The notes under the pieces are model-generated. The model saw nothing but the letters and a program-made list of their open reading frames with translations, searched no databases and was not told where the DNA came from. Of a DNA stretch of 32,488 bases, positions 10,774 to 23,800 are shown one piece after another. Source of the stretch: Seison nebaliae (Eukaryota). The translations under genes and the position numbers were made by a program. The stretch is taken from positions 1-32,488 of the forward strand of contig JALJEE010002376.1 of NCBI GenBank assembly GCA_023231475.1. The letters are read 5' to 3'. The first letter of the stretch is position 1; each line of letters starts with the position of its first letter.

Positions 10774-11257
10774 CCAGTTGGAAGTGAATAGGAAGACATA
10801 TTTATTGTTATTGATGAAAGAAATTATTATTCTTCCTTTACCTCTCCCAATGTGTTAGGGGGATTGCTTATTATCATTAAATAAAAGGAAGTTTTATTTC
10901 TCCCTAAATACATTTCCTTCATCGACCAATTCCAAGATAAATAATTAGACATTATAATCGTATAAGAATTTTTCGTAGTATTATAAATAACTGAAACTCT
11001 TATTTAATTCTTCCTCAATCTGGGAGAATTTGCTATAATTGTAGGGAGAGAGGAATTATTCCTTAGAAGCATCCTTACATTTTTAAGCATCGAACACTCT
11101 AAGCTACGGATATGCGATTAATCATTTCAATTGGGAATTAATTTATCTTTTATTTAGTTGAAAGTAAAATCATCTTTGTTCAATTATTCTCATTTCGTAG
11201 ATATTTCTTTCTTTTATTACACCTGCAACATTTCCAAAAAAACATTAGAAACGAAAA

Positions 11258-12909
11258 ATGGTACGACAACAATCTGATGTGTTTTCCAAGAATCTTGGTT
11301 TAACATTCAAAGTGACAATTCAAGACGAAACACATCCGTCTGCTCCCAAATGTCACATTATGACGATTCACGATATGGGTGTTGATTGTTAAAATTTCTT
11401 GTATGAAAATAAAAATATTCATTCATTCTAATATTCATTTAGCTCGTTCTTTTGTCCATTTTGTTGAACATGAAGATATGAAACTGTTGAAAGAAAGATG
11501 TATTTTCGTACATGTCGATCTTCCTGGTCAAGAGAAGGGTGCACATGATCTCAATATCGAGTTTGTCCAATTCTTCTTTCTTCAATTCACTTCAACATTT
11601 CTTCTAGAAAATATCCATCATTCGAAGAGATTGCTACTGAATTGATCGATGTACTTACCTTCCACAATATCAACCAAGTCGTCGTCATCGGTGACGGTGC
11701 AGGTGCTAATATTGCTGCACGATTTGCTATGACATATAACAAACGAGTTGTCGGTATTTGTCTAATTCATCCAACTGGAACAGTAGCAGGTATCAGTGAA
11801 ACTGTGAAAGATAAAGTTTTATTTTTCAATTTCATCCTGAAATGCATTACCTCTTTTTCAGTTCAATAATTGGCGATTGATTAAAAAAGGAATGAATCCT
11901 GGAATTGAAGGATATCTTTTATGGCACAAATTTGGAATCGTTAGAATTTCCATCCTCTTCTTTCACATCCTTCTTAAACATTCTTATTTGTTCCGTCAAA
12001 TAATCATCGGAAGGATGGAAATTATCGCTATTAATATTAATATCTTTCGTATCAATTAGATAAACAAATCCGCTACTTATTTCACTCATTCTATTTTCAC
12101 TTTTTATTCCACAACATCTTTTAGGGCAGCACATCGAGAAGAAATTCCGTCTCTACTAATCTTGTTAGCCAATGAAAATTTTCTCTAATTCGATTTCTAT
12201 TCAAATTAATTTTGCTCTATATCAATTCTGCTCTACTTAATCCTATACAATTAATATTATATTTATTCATATTTATTTTTTATTTAATTTAATTGTCAAA
12301 TCAATTCAGGATGCTCAACGAGGAAATTCAGATGAACAAATCGAATTACAAATGAATGAATTTTCACGTCAGTTGTACGGAGAGCGAAATCCGAAAAATT
12401 TGGCATTATTCATTCAAGCCTTTAGAGCGTTGGTTATTTTGTTTGAAAAAATGAATTCTCATATTTTCTCGTAAAAAACAGTCGAAAGAATGTCAATGAA
12501 CGTCTTACTGAATTGAAGTTCCTTTTATTTTTATTTGATTCGATTATAAAATAATATTTTTTTATAAATAGATGTGATTGTTTAATTGCTGTTGGAAAGA
12601 AAGCATCTGTCTTACATACAAGCATTCATTTCTATGAAGCTTTATTGGAATCGAGAAGATCGAATATTAAGAGTACTGTCAACTCGCCATTGTTGGAGGT
12701 GGATGGAGTTGGTGACGTATTAAGTGAAGGTCCTTCCGATTTAGCACAAGCCTTCCAATTCTTCTTACAAGGCATCGGATGGAGTTAATTTACTTTCTCA
12801 AATTCTCTTATTTAAATTTCTTTTAGTTCCTGCTGTTCCGATGGCAAAAAATTTGGGAGATTTCGGAAAATCGCGAAGCATGTCAACCGAAGAACATCCA
12901 GCAGATTAA
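11258..12909 (+). CDS. NDRG-family alpha/beta-hydrolase-fold protein, ~340 aa; exons 11258-11387, 11443-11560, 11608-11815, 11862-11939, 12125-12163 (optional), 12310-12428, 12482-12517, 12572-12783, 12827-12909
   Basis: The hand-spliced ORF is continuous and contains NDRG motifs: IMTIHDMG, HVDLPGQEKGA, YPSFEEIA, IGDGAGANIAARFA, NPKNLALFIQAF, LAQAFQFFLQGIG and a C-terminal RSMS. Confidence 0.9.
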
Positions 12910-13690
12910 TGATGATGTCCGTCCTAGTTGTTTGATGAAAATAATAAACTAGTAATATGATAAAAAATAATTGATTATCGTCTCTATGATTATTCACCAA
13001 TGAGTGAATGTTTTTATCAAAAAAAAAAAAACACTTCCAACGAAAATAATTTTAAATTGAAGAATGGAACATTCATTTTATAATAATATTTCTTCGTTTC
13101 CTTTTCTAGTTTTTCCTCCTTATTTAAACTTTTGTAGTTTTTCATTTTCATATTTGCCATTCTGGAGATAAATTCCATTTCAACATTGTTTTAATATCCG
13201 ATTAAAAACTCTTCAACTCAAAACATTTCTTAATATGTCGTCAATAACTAAATATTTAACTTTTACTTTTAATCAGATTATACCAAAACTGAGACGTTTA
13301 TTAGAAAACTAAAAATTAAAAGTTTTCATCAATAACACTGACCTTGTTCTGTCATATCTAATTAAAGTCCTATAATTAGTTAGATAATGGTCCGATATTT
13401 CGATTTAATTACATTTTATATCAATTGTGTCGTATAGAACTTATGGAGAAAAAATGAAACAAAATAATATTCGTGAAATATTCTTCTTATAAGTCGATTA
13501 CAACTTTAAATGTATTAGGGAACAATGTCATAATATGAGAGTGTTGAGGAATTGTGAATTTGATGTCTCAATATCAGATCATAAAGTATTATGCTTATTA
13601 TTATTATTATATGACATATATTTAAACTAATATTTCCAATACCTATTAAACTTTCTACTATATTTTTGATAAATAGAGTAGTTGTATATA

Positions 13691-14057
13691 CTAACAAGAG
13701 AAGTACCCATGTTACAACTTCGCAAACTAGTTGAAAAAAATTAGAGAGGTGTGAAAAATAATGTAACAAGCCTATGCAAAAAATCAGCTGCGACTTTTTT
13801 ACTGGCGAAGTATAAAATTTATGAAATTTATCAAATTAATTAAATTTACGTATACTTAATATTATAAAAGTATAGATAAATTAAATTAATTTGAACACAT
13901 AACAATTTTATATTGAGCACAAATTTTGAATTTTCAGTACCGCCAGTAAAAAAGTCGGAGTTGATTTTTTGCATAGGGTTGTTACATTATTTTTCACACC
14001 TCTCTAATTTTTTTCAACTAGTTTGCAAAGTTGTAACATGGGTACTTCCCTTGTAAG
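13691..14057. mobile_element. Foldback/MITE-like non-autonomous DNA transposon with 117-bp terminal inverted repeats and TA flanks
   Basis: 13691-13807 and 13941-14057 are reverse complements with about 6 mismatches. TA lies on both sides (13689-90, 14058-59). No coding capacity. Confidence 0.88.
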
Positions 14058-14634
14058 TAAGGTAGTGGTCAAATGGAAAAGACAGACTTAATGGGACAGT
14101 TAACCTGATATGAACAATTGTCGAAGAAGACGAGAAGAGGAAGATAATTAATTGAAGTTTTTTTGTTTTCGAAGGAAAATAATTGTAAAATATTAAAGAA
14201 AATAGACTGTGATGAATAATTTTAATGATTTAAGAAATTAAATTTACAGATTGAAATTTAAAGAAAAAATTTTTAAAAAGAAATTATGGCAAAGAAACGA
14301 AATTTTCCTTAAAACAGAATTTCAGGATTTTCTTTTTATTGAAAATTTTGTTATTCAATTTCCTTTTCTTGTGGAGATCTGATAGAGTAAATGAATAGAT
14401 TCTTTAGGTGCAATGGAACATAAGAATGCTTTAAGCATATGAATAATATGGACCTGGTACGTGTAGAAGTAAAATGGAAACTAAATGAGAAATTAGTTCG
14501 TTCGTTCATTCTCCTCTTTCTGTTAAGCGCGATTCTCTTTCTCCAATCCTTTCTACATTAGAAATGTTGTGCTAACAGAATTGGCGCCTCTCATCGACGG
14601 AGAGATTAGGAAAGAAATTCTAGGGAAGCTTATC

Positions 14635-14672
14635 GTTGTCATGACGATGAAAATATTTTTTCATGTAAACAA
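14635..14672. promoter_or_regulatory. Degenerate X-box (GTTGTCATGACGAT) plus forkhead motif (TGTAAACAA) upstream of the dynein gene
   Basis: Located 130-170 bp upstream of the dynein ATG. RFX plus FOXJ1 is the established motile-cilia regulatory combination. Confidence 0.55.
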
Positions 14673-14802
14673 TCAACAAAATAAACTTTCATCAATTTGT
14701 CGTGTAAGGGAGAAATTGTCGTTTCTCATTTCTCTTCAACATTCGATTGAGAATAAAAGGAAAAACAAAAGGAATATATCAGATATTCGTTAAGAATAGA
14801 AA

Positions 14803-17800
14803 ATGAACAATGTGGAGGAGAATGCTATCGCTCCTCCGATCATTGAGGAACCTCCACAAACCGATGCTCTTAATTCCAGTAAGAGACGAAGGAAGTCGAT
14901 GATGCCAAAAAGGGGTATGAATGAAAAATCGAAAGATACACAAGGCAGAGAATTGTTAAAAATTCGGGAAGAACGACAACTTAGTATCGATGATCGTCAT
15001 CGATATGTCTTCCGACGTTTGGCATTGGCTGAAGCTCTCTCGGAAGAAACGGTCGAACAACAATTAATAGCCGATAATAAATTTGATGAGATTTTACAAT
15101 ATTTCAAATCGACAGATAAGAAAGTTCTAATGTTCTTTTATCAGCCACCAATAGAAAAGAATGAAGATGGAAATATTACCATCTCACCAGCGAATAAATC
15201 AAAAACTCGATTTTTCCTCACCAACGGCAAAGAAGACGCATTTGTTGGCAATTGTTATTTTTTCATTCGGCAAACTGAAAAGCCAATTTCAACTACCAAT
15301 GTAGCTATGGAATTATGTTTCATGATGTTACCAATGGAGAATCAACAGATTCTCACCGCCGTCCACAATATCACTCGATTGTTTGTGGTGCCGATGTTGC
15401 AGAAGAATGAGAATTGGGGAGAGATCAAATCATCGAAAGAGGCGTCAGTCCTGAAGTTTATAAAGAATATGGAGAACTTTTCGAATGAATTGGAGAATGC
15501 GAGTAAACAATTGAAATATCGTTCTGCATTCAAGAAACATGTGTCATTGGATCCGGTTCTTAATGAACTTCCACCTTCACGTTTCCAGAATATGGTCGCG
15601 AATAAAGAATTCATTACCGAACTGGAGACATTGGCGACCAGTTGGTTCCAACATGTCGAACAAATTCTAGCGGAGACTGAACAAATCCGTCGTGAAGCTG
15701 ATGATGTTGGACCGATCGCTGAATTGACTTACTGGAAACAGAGAACTATTAAATTTAATCAATTGATCGATCAAATTAAAACGAAACGAGTCCAAACGGC
15801 AATTGGAATTTTGAATCAAGCGAAGTCGCGAACACTTATCGAATGGCGAAAATTGGATTGTCGAATTACAGAATTGTCCAATGAATCTAGTGACAACATT
15901 CGATATTTGCAGACGTTGGAGAAATATTTCGGAGAATTCCATTGTAATACACCGGCGGAATTGATGTCGAATATTGCAGGAATTATGAACGCCGTTCGTA
16001 TGATTCATTCCGTCTCCTCTTATTATAACACGTCACAACGAATGTCGTCTTTGTTTATTAAAGTGACGAATCAAAACATTAAAATATGTCAAAGATATAT
16101 TCGGAATGGAGAATCGCGAATTTGGGATATTGAGAAACCGGTTTTGTTGGAACGGTTTGACGAATGTGGGAAATTATTCACTGTCTATCAGAAATCATTT
16201 AAAGATACACAAAAGAAAGTGGAAGAGAATCCTGATCAAGCTAATTGGGATTTCTCTGAAAATTATATTTTCGGGAAATTTTTCGTTTTCATCGAACGAT
16301 TAGACAAAATAAAGAAATCCATTAAAATGATTGATAATATGAGTGCAGCAATAAATATCAATATCGAAGGGATCGATCCACTCCAAAATAAATTCCGATC
16401 GATTTGTGAAACATTCAAAAAGAAGAATTATGATATTCTCAATCATCGGAAACCGGATTTCGATAATGATTTCCGTGAACTAAACAACCAAATGAAGAGT
16501 CTGGAGAAGTCGTTGCAGAATTTTACAGATAATTGGTTCAACAAACCGTTGACGACGTTACAGACATTTACGTTCATCGAACGATTTCGTTCATTGGAGA
16601 AAATCGGAATCAGTTTTTCTGGTCGATATAAAAAGATGATGGTTCTCTATCGGAAGGAATTGGAGAACGTCAAACGGATTTATGACACTACAAAAAATAA
16701 TCCGTTTATAGAAAGAAATTTCCCACCGATTGCCGGTCGAATAGCATGGTCCAGACAATTGTATCAACGTATAGATCTCCCGATGAAACAATTTATCGCG
16801 TCGGATGAGAAATTTTATGAGAAAGTAGAAAATGGAAAAGAAATCGTTCGATTATTTAATATGATCGGTCGTGCACTTGTCGAATATGAAATGAAATATT
16901 ATAATTGTTGGAAAGATTCGGTTGACGATGAAATGACGACACTTTATTCCACCATACTCTTATACAATAACGATTTGGACGAATATTTAGTGAATTTCGA
17001 TAAGAATATTTGGCAATTAATTTTAGAAGCGAAATTCATGAAACGATTCCAATTAGAAGTGCCAAAGAAAGTGGAAGATATTTGCACGAGAGAACCGATG
17101 TTACGAAGTTATTATGATGGTTTAACCATCATCCTCCACAAATTCGCCAAATGCAAAAAGAAAGTCCGACAGAAATGTGGAAATTTATTCCAATCGAAAA
17201 TTAATACAATCCATCTAATTCTCCAGGAAGGAATTGGAATGTTGACTTGGAATTCACCTGCCATTCCATTATTTCTTCAAGAAGCAGAAAATGAATTGAA
17301 TAAATTTGACGAATTTCAAAACCGTTTCCACAATCTATTAGAACATCGTATTGAAATGTTATTGGACGATATCGCAACGGAGAACTTGTGTTATTTTCCG
17401 GAGGATGAATTGTTGAAAAATTCGAAATTGAGACGAGTCGTACATGAAACTACGACAGTTGATCCTTTGACTTTGGGACAATGGCAAAATTCAACTTGTC
17501 GTCACGTCGACAAAAGTAGTGAGAAGATTTCACATTTGTCAATTACAGTCGAGAAAGCGTTTTATGAATTGTTGTTGGAACTGGAAATGTCGGAGAAGGA
17601 ACCGGATGAAAATATAATTAAATGTCTTCGCGCTCTTATTTGTTCGGCGATCGCTAAAACGGAATCGATTGATATTCCGATAAAAAAATTAAATTATCAG
17701 ATTGCTGGAGCGAATAAACAGAAGAAACAATTATCGGAATCTGAGATATCTTTGAATGAAACAGATATTGCATCGATTAAAGATGAAGAATTATTGAAGA

Positions 17801-20800
17801 ATGTCGATATCGATACGAAGAAATTGGCGATTGGCGATTATTTGGAAGATAATCAAAAAATTCCATTACTTGACGTCATCAAATATTTCCAGTGTGATAT
17901 GTCGCAATCAAAAAAAGGTGTCCGATGTAAAGAATGTAAGAGATGTAGTTTCTTCGATTTCTTATCGAATGGAACGAATCGTCTGACGGAATCATTAATT
18001 TCTTGTATCAAAACATCATTAGAAGTGATGAAAAAACGATTGCAAAAAGCTGAGTTTTATATGATGAGAAAACCAGTGAAACCAGAAGAGAAATCGAATC
18101 CACCCATCATTTTCGGGAGTATCCAATTGAAGAATAATATGGTTTCCTTCTCTCCCACACTCGACGAATTCCAACATGGAATCATCAAAATCGCACAAGA
18201 AATGACTTATGTTGTTAACGACATTACAGAATGGAGACATTTCGTCATGTTAAAAGAATTAGTTATAACGGTTAGTGATTTCACTATTATTTGGACCAGT
18301 TCCAAAAAATTCAATTTTATTATCATTTTTATAATTTTTCAAACTTTCATTTTCATTTCTTAACGGAAATTTTATTATCGTTCATTGTATATCATTTCAC
18401 TAAATAGTTGCGACTACAGGTATTCTAATAATTACTTTTTCCTTATTTTCCCGTTTCGTCTCTCCCGTCCATTTTTTGTTCGTCAGTTCGATACAGGTAA
18501 ATTCTGGTATTATTCTGTGTTAAAATTGAATGGAATTTTTGAAAAAAAAATTTGTTATGTTGAACCTTTCCCGAATAAGATGCGATGAGAGAAATATTCA
18601 ATAAATTAATTTTTCTCTATTTGTAATGAAGGAGATGGAACGAGACGCATTAGACAAAGGTGAAGATCCGAAACTGATAATTAGTGGAAGTAATTTACCA
18701 CGATCGTTACAACGTACCGTCGTCGATCACAAAGATGTTCAACGACCATTAATTCCATTAAATAACATTCTGAATAATTTCCGATCCGATTTCGAACAAT
18801 TACAACAACAATTCGATTCATTTTCATTTTTATGGTTATCGAACCAGTCGGAGATTATCAGTGAGATGGAGAAGGAGAAAGCGATAATTGGAGATTATGA
18901 AGCGAAATTGATTGAATTGCGTGAGAAGAAAGAAGAAGCTGAATTAATAAATGATTCGTTCGAAATTGGCGCTATGCAATTGCAGACGTCAACATTCAAA
19001 AATACCATTCAACAATTATTGAAAGTTTGGGAGAATAATTATGGGAAACATTTGAATGAACGTGGAGGACGAGATATGGATGAAATATTCGAATTATCCG
19101 ACAACTTCCTAAAACGTCTCCAACGTCCTTGTGACGATTTGGAGGATGTTCGTTTACATATGAATGTTTTGAAGGAGATTCGAGAATCGGAAATTTGGGT
19201 GACTCATATGATGATTCCAATAGAAGAGATTTATTCTTTATTAGCTCGATACGAATTGACCTATAATGATGGAAATGCGGAGAAGGTGGACACGATGTCA
19301 TATCAATGGAGGAAAGTTGTGGAGAAAGCACGAGAAGTGAACGACCATTTATTATCTGTCCAAATTCCATATAAAGAGAAATTGTTGATATCGGTAGAGG
19401 AATTCAAAGAGGAAGTTCACAATTTCTCACAAGACTACGACAAACATGGCCCACAGGAAGATAATATTAATCCGAGAGAAGCATCGGATCGTCTCACCGT
19501 TTTCCAATCGAGATTCGAAGACGTTTTCCGCAAGTTCGAAACTTATTCGTCTGGTGAAGATTTATTCGGATTGGGGAAAACTGATTATCCGAATATTCAA
19601 CGAATTAAAAAAGAAATTACAATTCTTCAAAAATTGTACGTTCTCTACAATCAGGTGAATGATCGAATCGATTCTTATTACGAAATTCCATGGCATCAAG
19701 TCGATATTGAAAAAATTGACGGGGAATTGGTTGACTTTCAAAATAAATGTCGCCGACTCCCAAAGGCGTTGAAAGAGTATCAGGCGTTTAATGATTTGAA
19801 ACAAAAGATTGATGATTTTAATGAAACTTGTCCTCTATTGGAAGCGATCGCTAATAAGTCAGTTCTTTTGAGACATTGGGATCGAATTTCAGCTCTCACT
19901 GGAACCACATTCGAAATCGATAACGACAATTTCCTCTTACGAGATGTAATGGCAGCACCGTTATTGAAGTATAAAGAAGAAATCGAAGATATTTGTATTT
20001 CCGCCGTCAAAGAGAAAGATATCGAAGCAAAATTAAAACAAGTTCAAGCTAGTTGGACTAATCAGGAATTCCAATTTTCCACATTCAAATCGAGAGGCGA
20101 ATTATTATTGAAACGAGAGATAGTTGTAGAATTGATTAGTCTGGCAGAAGATTCGTTAATGGTTCTTGGTTCATTACTTTCGAATCGATACAATGCTCCA
20201 TTCAAGAAAAGTATCCAAGATTGGATGCATAAATTGACGACAAGTGTGGAAATTATAGATAATTGGACAGCCGTACAATCGCTTTGGATTAATTTGGAAG
20301 CGGTTTTCGTCGGTGGCGATATCGCTAAACAATTACCACAAGAAGCGAAAAGATTTTCTAACATCGATAAATCTTGGCAAAAAGTGATGACAAAAGCACA
20401 TGAGACAACGAACGTTATTATTTGTTGCACAACCGATGAAACTTTAGGACAATTGTTGCCGCATCTCCTCGAACAATTGGAGATATGTCAGAAATCGTTG
20501 ACAGGATATTTGGAGAAGAAACGACTATTATTTCCCAGATTCTTCTTCGTATCCGATCCAGCATTATTGGAAATTTTGGGACAAGCATCCGATTCCCATA
20601 CGATTCAAGCTCATTTATTAAATGTCTTTGATAACACGAAAAACGTCCGTTTTGACGATAAATATTATGATAAAATTGTTGAAATTATTTCATCAGAGGG
20701 TGAAAGTGTAACATTGACTGATCCGGTTATGGCTCAGGGAAATGTAGAATTATGGTTACAAGAACTCCTCTCCTCATCCAGACAATCGCTACATAAACTG

Positions 20801-23800
20801 ATAAAAGATGCATGGAATTTCATTCATGAAGAAACGGAAAATTTCAATTTGTTAGATTTCGAAAATTCATTTCCGGCGCAAGTCGGTTTATTAGGTCTCC
20901 AATTTATTTGGACGAGAGACGCCGAAATCGGCATTCAGATGTCGAGACAAGACAAAAAGATAATGAATCAGACCGCTCAACATTTCACCGATATCCTCAA
21001 CATGCTCATCAATGTGACGACTCAAGAACTGACAAAAATGGATAGAACTAAATTCGAAACTCTGATTACTATCCACGTTCATCAGAAAGATATATTTGAC
21101 GATTTGAATCGATTACATGTTCGTCATGTGGGCGATTTCGAATGGTTGAAACAATGTCGGTTTTATTTCGTGGAGGATATGGATCAATGTCGAATTGCGA
21201 TAACTAATGTGGATTTTAGTTATCAAAACGAATTTTTAGGATGTACCGATCGTCTTGTAATCACTCCTCTAACTGATCGATGTTACATTACTTTAGCACA
21301 AGCTTTAGATATGTCAATGGGGGGAGCACCAGCTGGTCCTGCTGGAACTGGGAAAACTGAAACAACGAAAGATATGAGTCGATGTTTAGGGAAATATGTT
21401 GTAGTATTCAATTGTTCGGATCAAATGGATTATAGAGGTTTAGGTCGAATTTATAAAGGATTAGCACAATCTGGTGCATGGGGTTGTTTCGATGAATTTA
21501 ATCGAATTGATCTTCCCGTTCTGTCGGTAGCAGCTCAACAAATTGCCATCGTTCTCACATGTAAGAAGGAGAAAAAGAGACAATTCGTTTTTACTGATGG
21601 AGATATTGTGGAGTGTGATAGAGAATTCGGTTTATTTCTTACAATGAATCCCGGTTATGCCGGTCGTCAGGAATTGCCGGAAAATTTAAAAATTCAATTT
21701 CGTACCGTCGCTATGATGGTGCCCGATCGACAAATTATCATGAGAGTCAAATTAGCATCATGCGGTTTTCAACAAAATGTGAGATTGAGTAAAAAATTTT
21801 ATACTTTGTACAAATTGTGCGAGGAACAATTGACGAAACAAGTTCATTATGATTTTGGCTTAAGAAATATTCTCTCAGTTCTGAGGACGTTGGGTCAATT
21901 TAAAAGACAGAATCCTACTAATTCAGAAGAAACGATCGTTATGAGAGTGTTACGTGATATGAATCTCTCGAAATTGATTGACGAAGATGAACCGTTATTT
22001 TTGTCTTTAATCGAAGATTTATTTCCTGGTATGGTTCTAGGAAAGGAAGGTTATCCTCAAATGGAGTCAGCAATTCATTCACAAACTGAACAACAGGAAT
22101 TGATTGCGCATGAACCTTGGATATTGAAACTTATCCAATTGTACGAAACTCAACGTGTACGGCATGGAATGATGACTTTGGGACCATCTGGTTCTGGGAA
22201 GACGTGTTGTATTCATACACTGATGAAAGCGTTGACGGAAACAGGAGAACCGCATCGAGAATTAAGAATGAATCCGAAAGCAATTACAGCACCCCAAATG
22301 TTTGGACGGTTAGATGTGGCGACGAATGATTGGACTGATGGTATTTTCTCCACTTTATGGCGACGAACATTAAAGATAAAGAAAGGCGACCATGTATGGC
22401 TGGTATTGGATGGACCGGTAGATGCAATTTGGATCGAAAATCTCAATTCAGTTTTAGATGACAATAAAATGTTAACTTTAGCAAATGGCGATCGGATACC
22501 GATGGCACCGACATGTAAAATCATTTTTGAAGTTCATAATATCGATAATGCATCACCAGCAACAGTTTCTCGGAATGGAATGGTTTTCATGTCATCATCA
22601 ATTTTGGATTATCAACCGATAATTGCCGGTTGGCTCCAAAAGAAACCGAGTTCTTATAACGATGTCGTTACTCATATGTTCGATCAGAACTTCATGAAAA
22701 GTTATTCGTATCTGACACAATCACTTTTTATGAAAATGGATTTACTTCAATGTAATTATGTTCAACAATCCATTAATTTATTGGAAGGATTACTCAATGA
22801 CGAGGAAGAATACACGAAACAACATTTGACTAATATCGTCACTTATTCCTTCATTTGGAGTTTGGGTGCACTTCTGGAATTGGATGATCGTGCGAAACTT
22901 CAAGCGTTCTTCATCAATGACACATCCCTCTCACTCCCAACCATCAGCGGCGATCAGACAATTTACGAGTTTTTTGTTGATGAAAATGGTGAATGGTTAC
23001 ATTGGGACGAACGATTACCAGAATATGTTTATCCCAAACATGAAATTCCTGATTATTTAGGTATCTTAGTACCTAATATCGATAATGTCTGTATCGATTA
23101 TCTGTTGAATACAATTGCTAAACAGAATAAAGCGGTTCTCTTGATTGGAGAACAAGGTAGCGCAAAGACGGTGGTAATTAAAGGTTATTGTGGTAAATAT
23201 AACCCGGACAGACATGTTTTTAAAAGTTTCAATTTCTCATCAGCAACAACGCCAAACATGTTTCAGAGAACTATTGAAAGTTACGTCGATAAACGAGTAG
23301 GCACAACATTCGGTCCTCCAGCTGGGAAGAAACTAACGGTTTTCGTTGACGACATTAACATGCCAATAATTAATGAATGGGGAGATCAGATTACGAATGA
23401 AATTACCAGACAAATGATGGGTATGAATGGATTTTATAATTTGGATAAACCTGGTGAATTTACGACAATTGTCGACAGTCAATTAATCGGTGCCATGATA
23501 CATCCAGGTGGTGGTCGAAACGATATTCCTCAGCGATTAAAAAGACAATTTAATGTATTTAATTGTACGTTACCATCAAATGTGTCGATCGATAAAATTT
23601 TCTCCACCATCGGACTTGGTTATTTCTGTGAGGATCGTGATTTCCACGTTGATATGATTAAGTTGATTCCTAAAATAATTGTGGCAACTCGAATTTTATG
23701 GCAACGAGTGAAAATCAAAATGTTGCCCACTCCCGCCAAATTTCATTATGTCTTCAATTTGAGAGATCTTTCGCGCATCTGGCAAGGTATTCTGAAAATC

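Noticed and set aside
10559..10858. 99-aa ORF upstream of NDRG
   Set aside because: Low complexity, spans the TG microsatellite and has no recognisable domain. More likely UTR, intron or intergenic.
12518..12571. U12-type intron (donor GTTCCTTTT resembles GTATCCTTT)
   Set aside because: It lacks the +3 A and a CCTTAAC branch site. It fits the local GTT short-intron class.
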